Assembly (NCBI GenBank): GCA_030681595.1
Contig: JAUXSB010000003.1
Location: forward strand, 95,207-159,206
DNA: 64,000 nucleotides
Direction of reading: 5' to 3'
DNA from: Candidatus Omnitrophota bacterium
Lineage (GTDB): Bacteria; Omnitrophota; Gorgyraeia; Ghiorseimicrobiales; Ghiorseimicrobiaceae
In this document: positions 44,083 through 54,455 of the stretch, piece after piece
Layout of the letters: each line of letters starts with the position of its first letter
How positions within the stretch are numbered: position 1 is the stretch's first letter
Program-made: the position numbers and the translations under genes
Notes under the pieces: model-generated
Database searches by the model: none
Seen by the model: the letters and a program-made list of their open reading frames with translations, nothing else
What the model was told of the DNA's origin: nothing

Positions 44083-45351
44083 CTATAAGCCAAAGAGAAA
44101 CGGCGGAATTTTTTCATTGCGCACTAAATCCGCATAACTTTCCCTTTTTCTAATCACGAATATCCTATCTTTCGCTACTAAAACTTCCTGCGCGCGGCGC
44201 CTTGAATTATAGTTGCTGGACATGCTAAAACCGTAAGCGCCCGCGCTCATTACAGCAAGAAATTCACCTTCTTTTACATGCGGCATATACCTATCCTTGG
44301 CAAAAAAATCTCCTGACTCACATATTGGCCCGACAATATCATATTTAGTATGGCGCAAATGAATCCCTGTTTTATGTAACGGCAGGAGATCATGGTATGC
44401 GCCGTAAAGGCTAGGCCTCACCAAATCATTCATCCCGCCGTCTACAATGATAAATTTCTTAAGCGGGGTCTTCTTAACGTATAGTATCTTTGTCGCCAGA
44501 ATTCCGGAATTTCCCGCGATAAACCTTCCTGGCTCCATAATTATTTTAAGGCCGGAATTCTTTAAGATAGGCAAAACTTTTTTGCTAAACTCATCCGCGG
44601 TCTGGGGGGTTTCCTTATCATAAACAATGCCTAACCCGCCACCGATATTAAGATATTTTAAGCGAACTTCCCTTTTACGTAATTCAGCGATAAAACTAAC
44701 CACCTTTTTTATTGCTGCGACGTATGGGGAGCTTTCAGTAATTTGGGAGCCGATATGAATATGAATACAAGAAATATCCAAATGCGGGAATTCGCGGCCG
44801 GAGAGAAAAATAATCCGCGCGGTCTCAAAATCAATGCCGAACTTATTGGTAAGTTTTCCGGTGGTAATATAATGATGCGTTTTTGGCTCAACATCCGGAT
44901 TGATACGTATTGCCACGCGAACTTTACGCGCTAGGCGGCAGGCAATTTTATTTATCAGCTCTAATTCCTGCGTAGACTCTACATTAAAAAATAAGATACC
45001 TTTTTTTATCGCCTCTTCTATTTCTTTGTCGGTTTTTCCCACCGAGGCATAAACTATTTTTTCCGCTGGACATCCTGCCTTAATCGCGCGGAATAACTCC
45101 CCGCCTGAGACAATATCTAACCCCGCGCCTTTATCCACCAACGCTTTTAAAATCGCTAAATTGGAATTTGCCTTAACCGAATAGCAGATAAGCGGGTTGA
45201 CGCTTTTAAAAGCATCCCTTAATTTTAAAAAATGGCCGATTAAGGTATGGTAGCTATAGACATAAAGCGGTGTGCCGAATCTTTTTACCAAATCTTCTAT
45301 TTTTACCTGTTCGCAGTAAAGATGGTTATTTATATATTTAAATTCGTGCAT
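44083..45351 (-). CDS. lysA: Diaminopimelate decarboxylase (LysA)
   Basis: Fold-III PLP decarboxylase motifs: ICYSVKANSNLAIL, GGGLGIVY, EPGRFIAGNSG, CESGD. Confidence 0.9.
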   Translation of the reverse strand: MHEFKYINNHLYCEQVKIEDLVKRFGTPLYVYSYHTLIGHFLKLRDAFKSVNPLICYSVKANSNLAILKALVDKGAGLDIVSGGELFRAIKAGCPAEKIVYASVGKTDKEIEEAIKKGILFFNVESTQELELINKIACRLARKVRVAIRINPDVEPKTHHYITTGKLTNKFGIDFETARIIFLSGREFPHLDISCIHIHIGSQITESSPYVAAIKKVVSFIAELRKREVRLKYLNIGGGLGIVYDKETPQTADEFSKKVLPILKNSGLKIIMEPGRFIAGNSGILATKILYVKKTPLKKFIIVDGGMNDLVRPSLYGAYHDLLPLHKTGIHLRHTKYDIVGPICESGDFFAKDRYMPHVKEGEFLAVMSAGAYGFSMSSNYNSRRRAQEVLVAKDRIFVIRKRESYADLVRNEKIPPFLFGL

Positions 45352-45356
45352 AAAAG

Positions 45357-46709
45357 CTATCTCTTAATAGACTTTTTAGATTTTACAGAAACTAACGGGT
45401 CGAATAATTTAACAAATTCTTTTTTAACAATCTTATCAGAGAATTTCTTTAATAAATTTTCCGGCATATCTTTTATTAAAATTTCATTATCTAAAGAATA
45501 TTTAATCAGCTTACCGATAATCGTATGCGCGTTTTTAAAGGCAATGCCCTCATCCACAAGATAATAGACTAAATCCGTAGCATACAAAGATTCATCTTTT
45601 AAATGCTCGGCTATTTTTTCCTTGTTAAATTTTAATGTCTTAATTAAACCGGTTAAAACTTTTAATTCCGACGAAACTATCTCCAAAGAATTAAATAACG
45701 GCTCTTTATCTAACTGCATATCTCTATTGTAAGTTAGGGGCAGCCCTTTCATCATTGTTAAGACGCTGACTAAATTACCATACAACCTGCCGGCATAACC
45801 CCTTACTAATTCTAATACATCGGCATTTTTTTTCTGGGGCATAAGTGAACTACCAGTACAAAATGCTTCGTCTATTTCAATAAAATCAAACTCCTTAGTT
45901 GACCAGATAATAAAATCCTCTGCCAATCTTGATAAATGCATTGCTAAAATTGACAACGCGCTAATAATTTCAATTACAAAATCCCGGTCGCTGACCGCAT
46001 CTAAAGAGTTAGTTACAGCCTGCACATTACAAGCTTCCCCCATTTTTATTTCTTTTATAAATTCTTCTGCCTTTAGCTTATATTCTTCCGCGCTAATTGG
46101 GGTTCCTGCCAAGGCACCTGCGCCCATACAGATCTTTATATTATCTGAAACATAACCTAACCGATCAACATCTCTGACCAACATCTCTTTATAAGCACTA
46201 AGATAATCGTTTAAATAAACTGGCTGAGCATGTTGCATATGGGTAAAACCCGGGATAATGATTTGAGCGTTATCGTTTGCAACTTCGATTATTGTTTTCG
46301 CCAATCGCAAAATATCTATTTTTAAATAACCGATGGCCATATTACAATACATCTTTGTCGCGAATACTACTTGGTCGTTTCTAGAACGGGCGGTATGTAA
46401 TTTTAAAGCTAAATCACCGACTTTTTTTTGTAATGCGTTCTGGATAGCGGTATGTATATCCTCACATTTCCTGTCAAATTTAAACTTTTTCTTTTTGACG
46501 GTGTCACAGATATAGTCCAATCCATCAGAAAGCTTATTCGCCTCATCAGAAGTCAGGTAACCAGTTTTCTTTAATATTTTCACATGAATAATAGACCCAA
46601 TTAAATCATATTCAGCCAACTTATAATCATACTGGATAGATTTAGTAAATTCCTCCACTAGCGGATCAGTCTTTTTACTAAACCTACCGCCCCATAATTT
46701 TTTTGCCAT
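45357..46709 (-). CDS. argH: Argininosuccinate lyase (ArgH)
   Basis: MAKKLWGGRF, TARSRNDQV and GSSLMPQKKNADVLE (fumarate-lyase signature). Confidence 0.95.
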   Translation of the reverse strand: MAKKLWGGRFSKKTDPLVEEFTKSIQYDYKLAEYDLIGSIIHVKILKKTGYLTSDEANKLSDGLDYICDTVKKKKFKFDRKCEDIHTAIQNALQKKVGDLALKLHTARSRNDQVVFATKMYCNMAIGYLKIDILRLAKTIIEVANDNAQIIIPGFTHMQHAQPVYLNDYLSAYKEMLVRDVDRLGYVSDNIKICMGAGALAGTPISAEEYKLKAEEFIKEIKMGEACNVQAVTNSLDAVSDRDFVIEIISALSILAMHLSRLAEDFIIWSTKEFDFIEIDEAFCTGSSLMPQKKNADVLELVRGYAGRLYGNLVSVLTMMKGLPLTYNRDMQLDKEPLFNSLEIVSSELKVLTGLIKTLKFNKEKIAEHLKDESLYATDLVYYLVDEGIAFKNAHTIIGKLIKYSLDNEILIKDMPENLLKKFSDKIVKKEFVKLFDPLVSVKSKKSIKR

Positions 46710-46748
46710 TATAGCTCCCTTAACTTATAATTTATAACTTCTCACTTA

Positions 46749-47921
46749 TCACTTTTTCCGATACGGCATCCCCCACAACCGGATAAAACCTTCGGCTAAC
46801 TTTTGATCAAACTTATCTTTTTCGGTATAAGTCGCCAACTCTTCCTTATATAAAGAGTACGGCGATTTTCTCCCCACCACAACGCAACTGCCTTTATATA
46901 ACTTAAGCCGCACGGTACCGGTAACTTTTTTCTGCGTTTCTTTAATAAAAGCATCGAGCGCCTTTTTTAAATCGGAATACCAAAGGCCGTAATAGGCCAG
47001 TTCTGCGTATTTTGCGCTCAAGGTTTGTTTAAAATGCAAGAGTTCCCTATCTAAAACCAGGCTTTCTAAATCCTCGTGTGCCTTATACAGGCAGGTTGCC
47101 GCGGGTGCCTCATAAATCTCTCTAGATTTTATCCCAACGAGCCTATTTTCCACCATATCCACCCTGCCTACGCCATATTTTCCGGCGATCTCGTTTAGCT
47201 TCTTAATTAAATCGATAAGGCTGTATTTTTTCCCGTTGATTTTTGAGGGAACGCCCTTTTCAAAATCTATCTCAATATAAAGAGGCTTTGCTGGTGCATC
47301 TTCCGGTGCTACCGTCATCTGATAAGCGTCATTAGGAGGCTCGGCCCAGGGATTTTCCAACACACCGCACTCAATACTTATCCCCCATAAATTTTTATCT
47401 ATACTATAGACTTTTTTCTTAGTCACGGTTAAAGGAATATTATTCTCGTTAGCGTAATCTATTTCCTCTTCCCGAGACTTAAACTCCCAAACCCGGACAG
47501 GAGCGACTATTTCCAGCTTCGGATCAAGTATATGCGCTGTGACTTCAAATCTTACCTGATCATTACCTTTTCCGGTACAGCCATGCGCAATTGCACTTGC
47601 TTTTTCCCTGTGCGCGGTTTCCACCAAATGCTTGGCAATTATTGGGCGGCTTAAGGCGGTTGCCAAAAGATATTTTCCTTCGTAAGCGGCATTCGCCTGC
47701 AATGTCGGAATAACAAAATCATTGATGAATTCCTGTTTTAAATCTCCGATATATACTTTTTTGGCTCCGGTAACAAGTGCCCGTTTTTCTATTTTTTCAA
47801 AGTCTTCGCCTTGGCCGACATCGCCGATATAAGCAATGACTTCATAGCCCCGGTCTTTAAGCCATTTGACGCATACTGATGTATCTAATCCGCCGGAATA
47901 TGCTAATACTATTTTTTTCAT
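46749..47921 (-). CDS. argG: Argininosuccinate synthase (ArgG)
   Basis: KIVLAYSGGLDTSV..AHGCTGKGNDQVRFE. Confidence 0.95.
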   Translation of the reverse strand: MKKIVLAYSGGLDTSVCVKWLKDRGYEVIAYIGDVGQGEDFEKIEKRALVTGAKKVYIGDLKQEFINDFVIPTLQANAAYEGKYLLATALSRPIIAKHLVETAHREKASAIAHGCTGKGNDQVRFEVTAHILDPKLEIVAPVRVWEFKSREEEIDYANENNIPLTVTKKKVYSIDKNLWGISIECGVLENPWAEPPNDAYQMTVAPEDAPAKPLYIEIDFEKGVPSKINGKKYSLIDLIKKLNEIAGKYGVGRVDMVENRLVGIKSREIYEAPAATCLYKAHEDLESLVLDRELLHFKQTLSAKYAELAYYGLWYSDLKKALDAFIKETQKKVTGTVRLKLYKGSCVVVGRKSPYSLYKEELATYTEKDKFDQKLAEGFIRLWGMPYRKK

Positions 47922-48841
47922 CTTTTTTCTCCTAGCAACTTAATCATTATCGCCTTTTGCGCATGTAATCTATTCTCCGCTTGATCAAAAATAACCGAAT
48001 TTTTGCTCTCAATTACTTCTTCGGTAATCTCTTCTCCTCTGTGCGCCGGAAGGCAATGCATCACCAAGCAATCTTTTTTCGCTAAAGACACTAAATTTTT
48101 ATTTATCTGAAAATCTTTAAATATTTCGATGCGTTTTTCTCTTTCTTGCTCCTGCCCCATGCTCGTCCAGACATCGGTATAAATTACGTCCGCGTCTTTT
48201 ACGGCAGAGCTTGCGTCAAAGAAAATATTAATTTTTGCGCCGGTTTCACCGGCAATTTTCCTTGATTGGGCTAAAATGTCATCCTGCGGGCTGTAGCCCA
48301 TGGGCGAAGCAACATTTACGTTAATCCCTAATTTGGCGCAAATATGCAAGAGGCTGTTACAAACATTGTTCCCATCGCCAACATAAGCAAAAACAGTACC
48401 TTTAATTTGTTTTATTTTTTCTTGTATGGTAAATATATCCGCCAACGCCTGACAAGGATGCAATAAATCTGATAAGCCATTTATTACCGGAACAGTTGCA
48501 TACCTGGCAAGGTCAAGCACATATTTATGGTCGAATGTCCTGGCAACAATTCCGTCTACATAACGGGAAAGGGTCTTGGCTACATCAGAAATAGACTCGC
48601 GCACGCCTAAATTTACGTCCTCGCGCCCTAAATAAACAGCACTCCCGCCTAATTGCTTTACCCCAACCTCAAAAGATACCCGCGTGCGCAAAGATGGCTT
48701 TTGGAAAATAAGCGCAATTGTTTTACCTAAAAGCGACTTCGCGTATTTCTTCTTATTTTTCTTTACATCTACGGTTTGCGAAAAAACACTGCTAATTTCA
48801 GAAATAGTTAAATCTGTAATCGAAATAAAATCTTTCTTCAT
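47918..48841 (-). CDS. argF: Ornithine carbamoyltransferase (ArgF)
   Basis: STRTRVSFE, HPCQALAD and HCLPAHRGEE motifs. Confidence 0.9.
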   Translation of the reverse strand: MKKDFISITDLTISEISSVFSQTVDVKKNKKKYAKSLLGKTIALIFQKPSLRTRVSFEVGVKQLGGSAVYLGREDVNLGVRESISDVAKTLSRYVDGIVARTFDHKYVLDLARYATVPVINGLSDLLHPCQALADIFTIQEKIKQIKGTVFAYVGDGNNVCNSLLHICAKLGINVNVASPMGYSPQDDILAQSRKIAGETGAKINIFFDASSAVKDADVIYTDVWTSMGQEQEREKRIEIFKDFQINKNLVSLAKKDCLVMHCLPAHRGEEITEEVIESKNSVIFDQAENRLHAQKAIMIKLLGEKR

Positions 48842-50025
48842 AGCGCTTCCGCCTCGCTTAACGAATTATCTAAAATTCCCACCGCTTTATCAATCTGTTT
48901 CTTATTTACATCTAACGCCGGCATAAGCCGCAATACCGTGTTATGCGTACAATTAATAATCAGGCCTTTATCAAGGCATGAATTAACAATATCGTAACCT
49001 TCCTTGTTTAACTCTACGCCCCACATCATGCCTAAACCCCGCACTTCTTTAATTATCTTATGTTTATTTTTTAATTCGTTTAACTTCTCCTGCATATAAG
49101 GGCTAAGCCCTGAAACATTTTTCAATAATTTTTCTTTTTGTATTGAACGTAATACCGCCAAAGCCGCCTTACATACTAAGGGGCTGCCGCCAAAAGTAGA
49201 AGCATGCGTGCCGGCAGTTAATAAATCGGATATATTTCTTTTGGCTATCATTACCCCTATCGGCAAGCCTCCGCCTAATGCCTTAGCCAAAGTTATTACA
49301 TCCGGAGTAATTCCGTAATTTTGATAACAGAACATTTTACCCGTCCGGCCGATTCCGGTCTGGACTTCATCTATAATTAAAAGGAGGTTCTTCTCATCGC
49401 AAAGTTTCCTTAAGCCCAAAACAAAATCTTTTTCGGCGATATTTATTCCGCCTTCGCCCTGAATAAGCTCAAGCATTACGGCGACGGTTTTATCATTGAC
49501 AGCGCTTTTTACTGCCGACAAATCATTAAAAGGCAAAATCTTAAAGGCCGGCACTAAAGGCGCAAAACCTTCCTGGTGTTTTGCCTGCCCGGTTGCCGAA
49601 AGGGCCGCCATGGTCCTACCGTGAAAAGAATTTTCAAAGGTGATTATTTCAAAACGCGCGCCTTTACCAAATTTACGCGAAAGCTTTATCGCTGCCTCAT
49701 TTGCCTCAGCGCCCGAATTACAAAAGAATACCTTACCATCAAAGCTTAAATAAATTATTTCCTTTGCTAATTGCGCCTGTTGCAGAGAATGGAAATTATT
49801 CGGTAAATGTATAAGCTTGCTTACCTGATCCCTTACTGCGCTCATTACTTTTGGATGACAATGCCCTAAATTAGAAACTCCCCAGCCCGGAAAAAAATCC
49901 AGGTAGGCTTTTGCGTCAATATCAATCATTTTTGAGCCCTTGCCTTTGACAAAAATATAAGGCAGGCGCTTATAGCTGGGGACAATATAATCTTCGTAGG
50001 CTTTAAATACTTCTTGTTTAGTCAT
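48838..50025 (-). CDS. argD: Acetylornithine aminotransferase (ArgD)
   Basis: Class III aminotransferase: LIIDEVQTGIGRTGKMF, TLAKALGGGLPIG. Confidence 0.9.
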   Translation of the reverse strand: MTKQEVFKAYEDYIVPSYKRLPYIFVKGKGSKMIDIDAKAYLDFFPGWGVSNLGHCHPKVMSAVRDQVSKLIHLPNNFHSLQQAQLAKEIIYLSFDGKVFFCNSGAEANEAAIKLSRKFGKGARFEIITFENSFHGRTMAALSATGQAKHQEGFAPLVPAFKILPFNDLSAVKSAVNDKTVAVMLELIQGEGGINIAEKDFVLGLRKLCDEKNLLLIIDEVQTGIGRTGKMFCYQNYGITPDVITLAKALGGGLPIGVMIAKRNISDLLTAGTHASTFGGSPLVCKAALAVLRSIQKEKLLKNVSGLSPYMQEKLNELKNKHKIIKEVRGLGMMWGVELNKEGYDIVNSCLDKGLIINCTHNTVLRLMPALDVNKKQIDKAVGILDNSLSEAEAL

Positions 50026-50026
50026 G

Positions 50027-50097
50027 TGTTAGCGTTTAGCGTTTAGCGTTTAGCGTTTAGGATTTTCTATTCCCTATACGCTCTACGCTATACGCTA
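50027..50097. repeat. Intercistronic (argD-argB) tandem heptamer array TAGCGTT x4 facing a complementary ACGCT array
   Basis: gtgTTAGCGTTTAGCGTTTAGCGTTTAGCGTTTAGGattttctattcccTATACGCTCTACGCTATACGCTAT. The reverse complement of the second half is AGCGTATAGCGTAGAGCGTATA, giving an imperfect roughly 22-bp stem with A/T mismatches. Confidence 0.6.
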
Positions 50098-50949
50098 TTT
50101 CACGATTTCCGTCCCAATCCCCTCATCAGTAAAAATCTCTAGGAGGAGCGCATGCGGTATGCGTGCATCAATAATATGGGTCTTTTTAACTCCTTTATCT
50201 AGCGCTAAAATACACGCCTTTACCTTAGGAATCATGCCTTCCTGGATTACTTTATCCCTGATTAGCCCCCCTACCTCTTCCTCTGTTAGGGCGGCAATGA
50301 ATGAATTAGGATCTTCGGAATTACGCATAATGCCCTTGACATTAGTAAGCAAAACCAGCTTTTCCGCCGAAAGCGCCCCGGAAACATTCGACGCTACCTC
50401 ATCCGCATTTATATTATACACCAAGCCATCCCTGCCCTTGCCCATAGGGCATATTACGGCAATCGCCTCGTGCTCTAATTCTTTTAAAATAAAGCTCGTA
50501 TCAACCCTCACAACCTCTCCGACAAGGCCAAGGTCTATTTTAGATTTCTTTTTCTGCGCCTGAATTAAATCATTATCTTTTCCATTAAGCGATTTTACTT
50601 TCCCGCCCAATTTTTCAATTTCTTCAACTATTTTTCTATTTAAGCTGACTAATTCTTCTTCTACTATTTTCAGAGTTTCCGCGTCAGTTACGCGCATCCC
50701 GTCAACAAAATCGGTTTTCTTGCCCGAGCTTTTCATCTTCTCGCTGATATTCGGCCCTCCGCCGTGTACTAAAACCGGACGCAGGCCCATATAGCTTAAA
50801 AAAACAATATCCTCTAAAACGCCGAGGCGGATTTTTTCATCCCCCAATATACTCCCGCCGTATTTTATCACGGTTATCTTTTTATGAAATTTTTTAATAT
50901 ACGGCAACGCTTCAATTAACACATGCGCTTTATTGATTATATCCTGCAT
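50095..50949 (-). CDS. argB: Acetylglutamate kinase (ArgB)
   Basis: VIKYGGS..LVHGGGPNIS..amino-acid kinase fold. Confidence 0.9.
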   Translation of the reverse strand: MQDIINKAHVLIEALPYIKKFHKKITVIKYGGSILGDEKIRLGVLEDIVFLSYMGLRPVLVHGGGPNISEKMKSSGKKTDFVDGMRVTDAETLKIVEEELVSLNRKIVEEIEKLGGKVKSLNGKDNDLIQAQKKKSKIDLGLVGEVVRVDTSFILKELEHEAIAVICPMGKGRDGLVYNINADEVASNVSGALSAEKLVLLTNVKGIMRNSEDPNSFIAALTEEEVGGLIRDKVIQEGMIPKVKACILALDKGVKKTHIIDARIPHALLLEIFTDEGIGTEIVK

Positions 50950-51038
50950 AATTATTCCCTTCGTTCTTAAATTAGAGGTTTTAAATTTTGAGTTATAAAT
51001 TTTTAAAACTTATAACTTATCACTCATCATTTATAACT

Positions 51039-52181
51039 TCAGTTATATGCCGCATTTATTTTCACATATTCCGGGGTCAAATCCGAAGTATATATCCGGC
51101 ATCCGGCTTTTCCTATACCCAAAATTATATCTATTTTAACATTTTTCCTGCGAAAAGAGCTAAATTTTATCCTAATATTTTCCTCTTTTACCTTTAAGCC
51201 AAACGAACCAACCGCCGCGATGATCCTACCCCAGTTGGGGCTTTCGCCGTATACGGCAGTCTTAAAGAGGTTGGAGTTAGCCACAGATAAACCTATTTCG
51301 CGCGCAAGCGCTTCATCCCTGGCGCCTTCTACATTTATCTCGATAAATTTCGTTGCGCCCTCGGCATCCCTGACAATCGCTCGTGCCATCTCTAAACATA
51401 CATAGCTTAATGTTTCGCAAAAGAGAGAGAAATTTTTATCTCTTAAACTAATGCAGGGATTTTTGGCTAAACCATTTGCCAAAACGAAGATTGTATCATT
51501 AGTGCTCATACAACCATCTACGGTAATATTGTTAAAAGATTTATCCGCCGCAATTTTTATAGCATACCTCAATGCCTCCGGCGTAATTAATACGTCGGTA
51601 GTGATAAAACAAAACATTGTAGAAAGCCGGGGAGAAATCATGCCGGCGCCTTTGGCCATTGCCCCGATTTTTACAGAAGAATTACCTATTCTGGCCTGGA
51701 CGGCTATTTCCTTAATAAAAGTATCTGTGGTTAATATTGCTTCTGCGGCAGAAGAATCTCCTTTGTCGCTTAAGGATTCTACTAATTTCGGGATGCTTTT
51801 TTCTATGCGCTCTATCGGTAGTGGCCTGCCGATAATACCGGTTGAAGCAACCAAAACATCCTCTTTTTTTACGGCTAAGGCGCCAGCCGCCGCATCCGCC
51901 ATTCTTTCGGCATAGATTAAGCCGTATGTCCCGGTAAAACAATTCGCATTTCCGCTATTGGCAATAATTGCCTGCGCCTTTCCAGTAGATAGATATTTTT
52001 TGCTCAAACGTACTGGTGCCGCCTTAAATGTATTCGCGGTAAATAGGCCGGCGGCCACCGCCGGAACTTTTGAATAAATAAGCGCTAAATCTTTCTTCTT
52101 CTTTTTTATACCGCAATTTATGCCTGCTGCGACAAAACCGCCGGGGGCACAAACTCCTCCTGAAATAACCCGCATTATCAT
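51039..52181 (-). CDS. argJ: Bifunctional glutamate N-acetyltransferase/amino-acid acetyltransferase (ArgJ)
   Basis: ArgJ family; PRLSTMFCFITTDV corresponds to the autoproteolytic ATML region. Confidence 0.85.
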   Translation of the reverse strand: MIMRVISGGVCAPGGFVAAGINCGIKKKKKDLALIYSKVPAVAAGLFTANTFKAAPVRLSKKYLSTGKAQAIIANSGNANCFTGTYGLIYAERMADAAAGALAVKKEDVLVASTGIIGRPLPIERIEKSIPKLVESLSDKGDSSAAEAILTTDTFIKEIAVQARIGNSSVKIGAMAKGAGMISPRLSTMFCFITTDVLITPEALRYAIKIAADKSFNNITVDGCMSTNDTIFVLANGLAKNPCISLRDKNFSLFCETLSYVCLEMARAIVRDAEGATKFIEINVEGARDEALAREIGLSVANSNLFKTAVYGESPNWGRIIAAVGSFGLKVKEENIRIKFSSFRRKNVKIDIILGIGKAGCRIYTSDLTPEYVKINAAYN

Positions 52182-52191
52182 TTACTCCTTT

Positions 52192-53178
52192 TTAAATCAA
52201 ACCATCCGTTTCTTTAAAACCATACATCAAATTCATATTCTGTACGGCTTGGCCTGCTGCTCCTTTTAACAAATTATCTATGGCGCTTACAATAACCAAC
52301 ATTTTGTTTTTTTTGTGGTAAAAAATCCCTATATCGCAAAAATTAGTTCCTGAGACGTCCTTAACCTGAGGGATCCTTCCTTCGTCAGCTATACGCACAA
52401 AAACTTCATTCCTATAAAAATTTTTGTATAGTTGCCTTATTCTCTCTTCAGATACGGCTCTTTCCGAGGCCGTTTTTACATAAATTGTCGCCAATAACCC
52501 CCTGAAAATCGGTAATAAATGCGGCACGAAATTTACACTTATTTTTCTGCCGGAAAACTTTGATAGTTCCTGGTTTATCTCCGGCATATGCTGGTGATAA
52601 TTGACTTTGTAGGGGCGAAAATTATCTTTTAAATCCTCCGATAGGCCGGCTTCTACAGACTTCCTACCCGCTCCTGACAAACCTGATTTCGCATCAATAA
52701 CAATTGAACCTAATCCGATTATTTTTTTCTTTAATAACGGTAGGAGCGCTAAAATTACCACGGTCGGATAACATCCGGGGTTAGCAATCAAATTCGCCTT
52801 CTTGATTTTTTTGCGGTAAGCTTCAGGCAGGCCATATACAGAAAGCATAACATTTTGCTTATCCAGGTGCTTTGCCTTATACCAAGTTTCGTATTCGGCA
52901 ATGTTTTTCAGCCGGTAATCCGCGCCTAAATCAACAATCCTTCTTCCTGTCGCCAATATCTGTGGGATGAACTTCATCGCCTCCGTGTGCGGAAGGGCAA
53001 AAAACAACAAATCACAAAGAGTAACCGCCTCCTGAGGGCTAAAAGCCCTGATACGGGAATTTTCTTTAGCGCTGGTTGCTGCAAGATAAGTAAGATTGAC
53101 TTTAGGATGCCTGCTTAAAATTTTATCTAACTCTTCCCCTGCATATCCAGACGCGCCAACAATGCCTACATTTAACAT
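52192..53178 (-). CDS. argC: N-acetyl-gamma-glutamyl-phosphate reductase (ArgC)
   Basis: VGIVGASGYAGEEL..ANPGCYPTVVILAL..active-site Cys context. Confidence 0.9.
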   Translation of the reverse strand: MLNVGIVGASGYAGEELDKILSRHPKVNLTYLAATSAKENSRIRAFSPQEAVTLCDLLFFALPHTEAMKFIPQILATGRRIVDLGADYRLKNIAEYETWYKAKHLDKQNVMLSVYGLPEAYRKKIKKANLIANPGCYPTVVILALLPLLKKKIIGLGSIVIDAKSGLSGAGRKSVEAGLSEDLKDNFRPYKVNYHQHMPEINQELSKFSGRKISVNFVPHLLPIFRGLLATIYVKTASERAVSEERIRQLYKNFYRNEVFVRIADEGRIPQVKDVSGTNFCDIGIFYHKKNKMLVIVSAIDNLLKGAAGQAVQNMNLMYGFKETDGLI

Positions 53179-53204
53179 TACCTTAATTCTCCAGTATTAG
53201 ACTT

Positions 53205-53380
53205 TCCGACGAGCGCAAAAAAACAGCATATTAATATTATAGTATTAAAATTGACGAGGTCAAGCCCCGTCAGAAATACGCCAAAATCCGGCGATAAAAC
53301 CCACCCACGCTAAAACCCCTTGTCTAACTTTTTAATAATAACACAGATTTTCTAACGGGGCAAGGATTTTTCTCGTCGGA
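53205..53380. repeat. Nested inverted-repeat module in the arg leader: outer TCCGACGAG/CTCGTCGGA; inner GCCCCGTCAGAAA/TTTCTAACGGGGC
   Basis: Outer arms at about 53205-53213 and 53372-53380. Inner arms at about 53263-53275 and 53341-53353 (12/13). The inner arm is a variant of the CCCCGTTAGAGA motif seen at 37.4 and 61.7 kb. The module contains the arg promoter. Confidence 0.5.
53235..53262 (-). promoter_or_regulatory. Candidate sigma70 promoter for the argCJBDFGH operon (TTGACC-16-TATAAT)
   Basis: Minus-strand read TTGACCtcgtcaattttaatacTATAAT, about 55 nt upstream of the argC ATG. SD GGAG/AAGG lies upstream of the start. Confidence 0.55.
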
Positions 53381-53409
53381 TATAATAAACCAAAATTTGG
53401 ACAAATAAA

Positions 53410-53434
53410 AAGTCCCGCTTCGCTAGCGGGACTT
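53410..53434 (-). terminator. Rho-independent terminator of rplM-rpsI
   Basis: AAGTCCCGC-ttcgcta-GCGGGACTT (9-bp GC-rich stem), followed on the minus strand by TTTTTATTTG. About 45 nt after the rpsI stop. Confidence 0.75.
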
Positions 53435-53476
53435 AGTTATTTTCTTTATCTTAGTTATTAGTTTAATTCTCTCCTC

Positions 53477-53872
53477 TTACCTCTTCGTCCACTGGAAGCG
53501 CTTGCGAGCACCCTTACGGCCGTATTTCTTGCGCTCTTTCATCCTGGGGTCGCGGGTTAAAAATCCGCCTTTTCTTAAAGACGGCCTTAAAGCTTCATCA
53601 ACTTTTAACAAGACTCGTGAAAGAGCATGCCTCAATGCCCCAGCCTGCCCCGAAATGCCGCCGCCGCATACCTGAGCAACGCAATCAAATTTATCCAAAC
53701 TATTGGCGACATTTAAAGGCTGCCTAATAAATATTCTGTCTGTTTCGCGCACAAAATAATCGTCACATTTGCGGCTGTTAACCGTAAGATTGCCGCTGCC
53801 CGGCATAATCCTGACTTTAGCCACAGATTCTTTACGCCTTCCAGTCGCTCTATATACATTAGGTTTTTCCAA
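53477..53872 (-). CDS. rpsI: 30S ribosomal protein S9
   Basis: GRRKESVAKVRIMPGSG..GGGISGQAGALRHALSRVL..KKYGRKGARKRFQWTKR. Confidence 0.95.
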   Translation of the reverse strand: MEKPNVYRATGRRKESVAKVRIMPGSGNLTVNSRKCDDYFVRETDRIFIRQPLNVANSLDKFDCVAQVCGGGISGQAGALRHALSRVLLKVDEALRPSLRKGGFLTRDPRMKERKKYGRKGARKRFQWTKR

Positions 53873-53890
53873 AACCAGCCTCCCCTATCA

Positions 53891-54322
53891 TTAAATAGCT
53901 AATTTAACCGGTTTCTGCGCTTGGTGAATAAATTTCTCATCCGCAAAAACCCTTAACTTCTTAACCATCTTCCTGCCTAAAGGACCTGAAGGAAGCATCC
54001 TTTTTACTGCAAGCCTTATCACCTGAGCAGGATTTTTCCTTAACATCACTTCAAGCGGCACTTCCCTTAAACCACCCGGATAGCCTGAATAACGGCGGTA
54101 TATCTTATCCGTAAGCTTTCTTCCCGTTACAACTATATCTTTGGCATTAATAACAATAACATTGTCACCCGTATCTACATGCGGAGTATACGACGGTTTA
54201 TGCTTACCGCGCAATATACGGGCCACCTGCGAAGCAAGCCTGCCTAAAATTTTACCCTTGGCATCAATTAAATACCAGGCTTGTTTAATATTATCTTTCC
54301 GGGCCATAAATGTCTTTTTCAT
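53891..54322 (-). CDS. rplM: 50S ribosomal protein L13
   Basis: [45 protein letters not shown]. Confidence 0.95.
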   Translation of the reverse strand: MKKTFMARKDNIKQAWYLIDAKGKILGRLASQVARILRGKHKPSYTPHVDTGDNVIVINAKDIVVTGRKLTDKIYRRYSGYPGGLREVPLEVMLRKNPAQVIRLAVKRMLPSGPLGRKMVKKLRVFADEKFIHQAQKPVKLAI

Positions 54323-54365
54323 CGGCTGATTTCCTTATATTTAACGTATTTAACGAAGAATAAAT

Positions 54366-54393
54366 AGTATAACGTATTTTTTAAAAAAGTCAA
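54366..54393 (-). promoter_or_regulatory. Candidate sigma70 promoter for rplM-rpsI (TTGACT-16/17-TATACT)
   Basis: Minus-strand read TTGACTttttttaaaaaatacgtTATACT. SD AAGGA lies 9 nt before the rplM ATG. Confidence 0.55.
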
Positions 54394-54455
54394 TATTTTT
54401 TTTATGGATTAACGGGTGGATAGCCGTCAGAGGAGGGATAAAAAAACTGGCCTAC

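Noticed and set aside
53179-53476. ArgR/AhrC ARG-box operator in the arg leader
   Set aside because: No TNTGAATWWWWATTCANW-like 18-mer pair was found; the prominent inverted repeats are GC-rich and resemble the CCCCGTTAGA repeat family instead.
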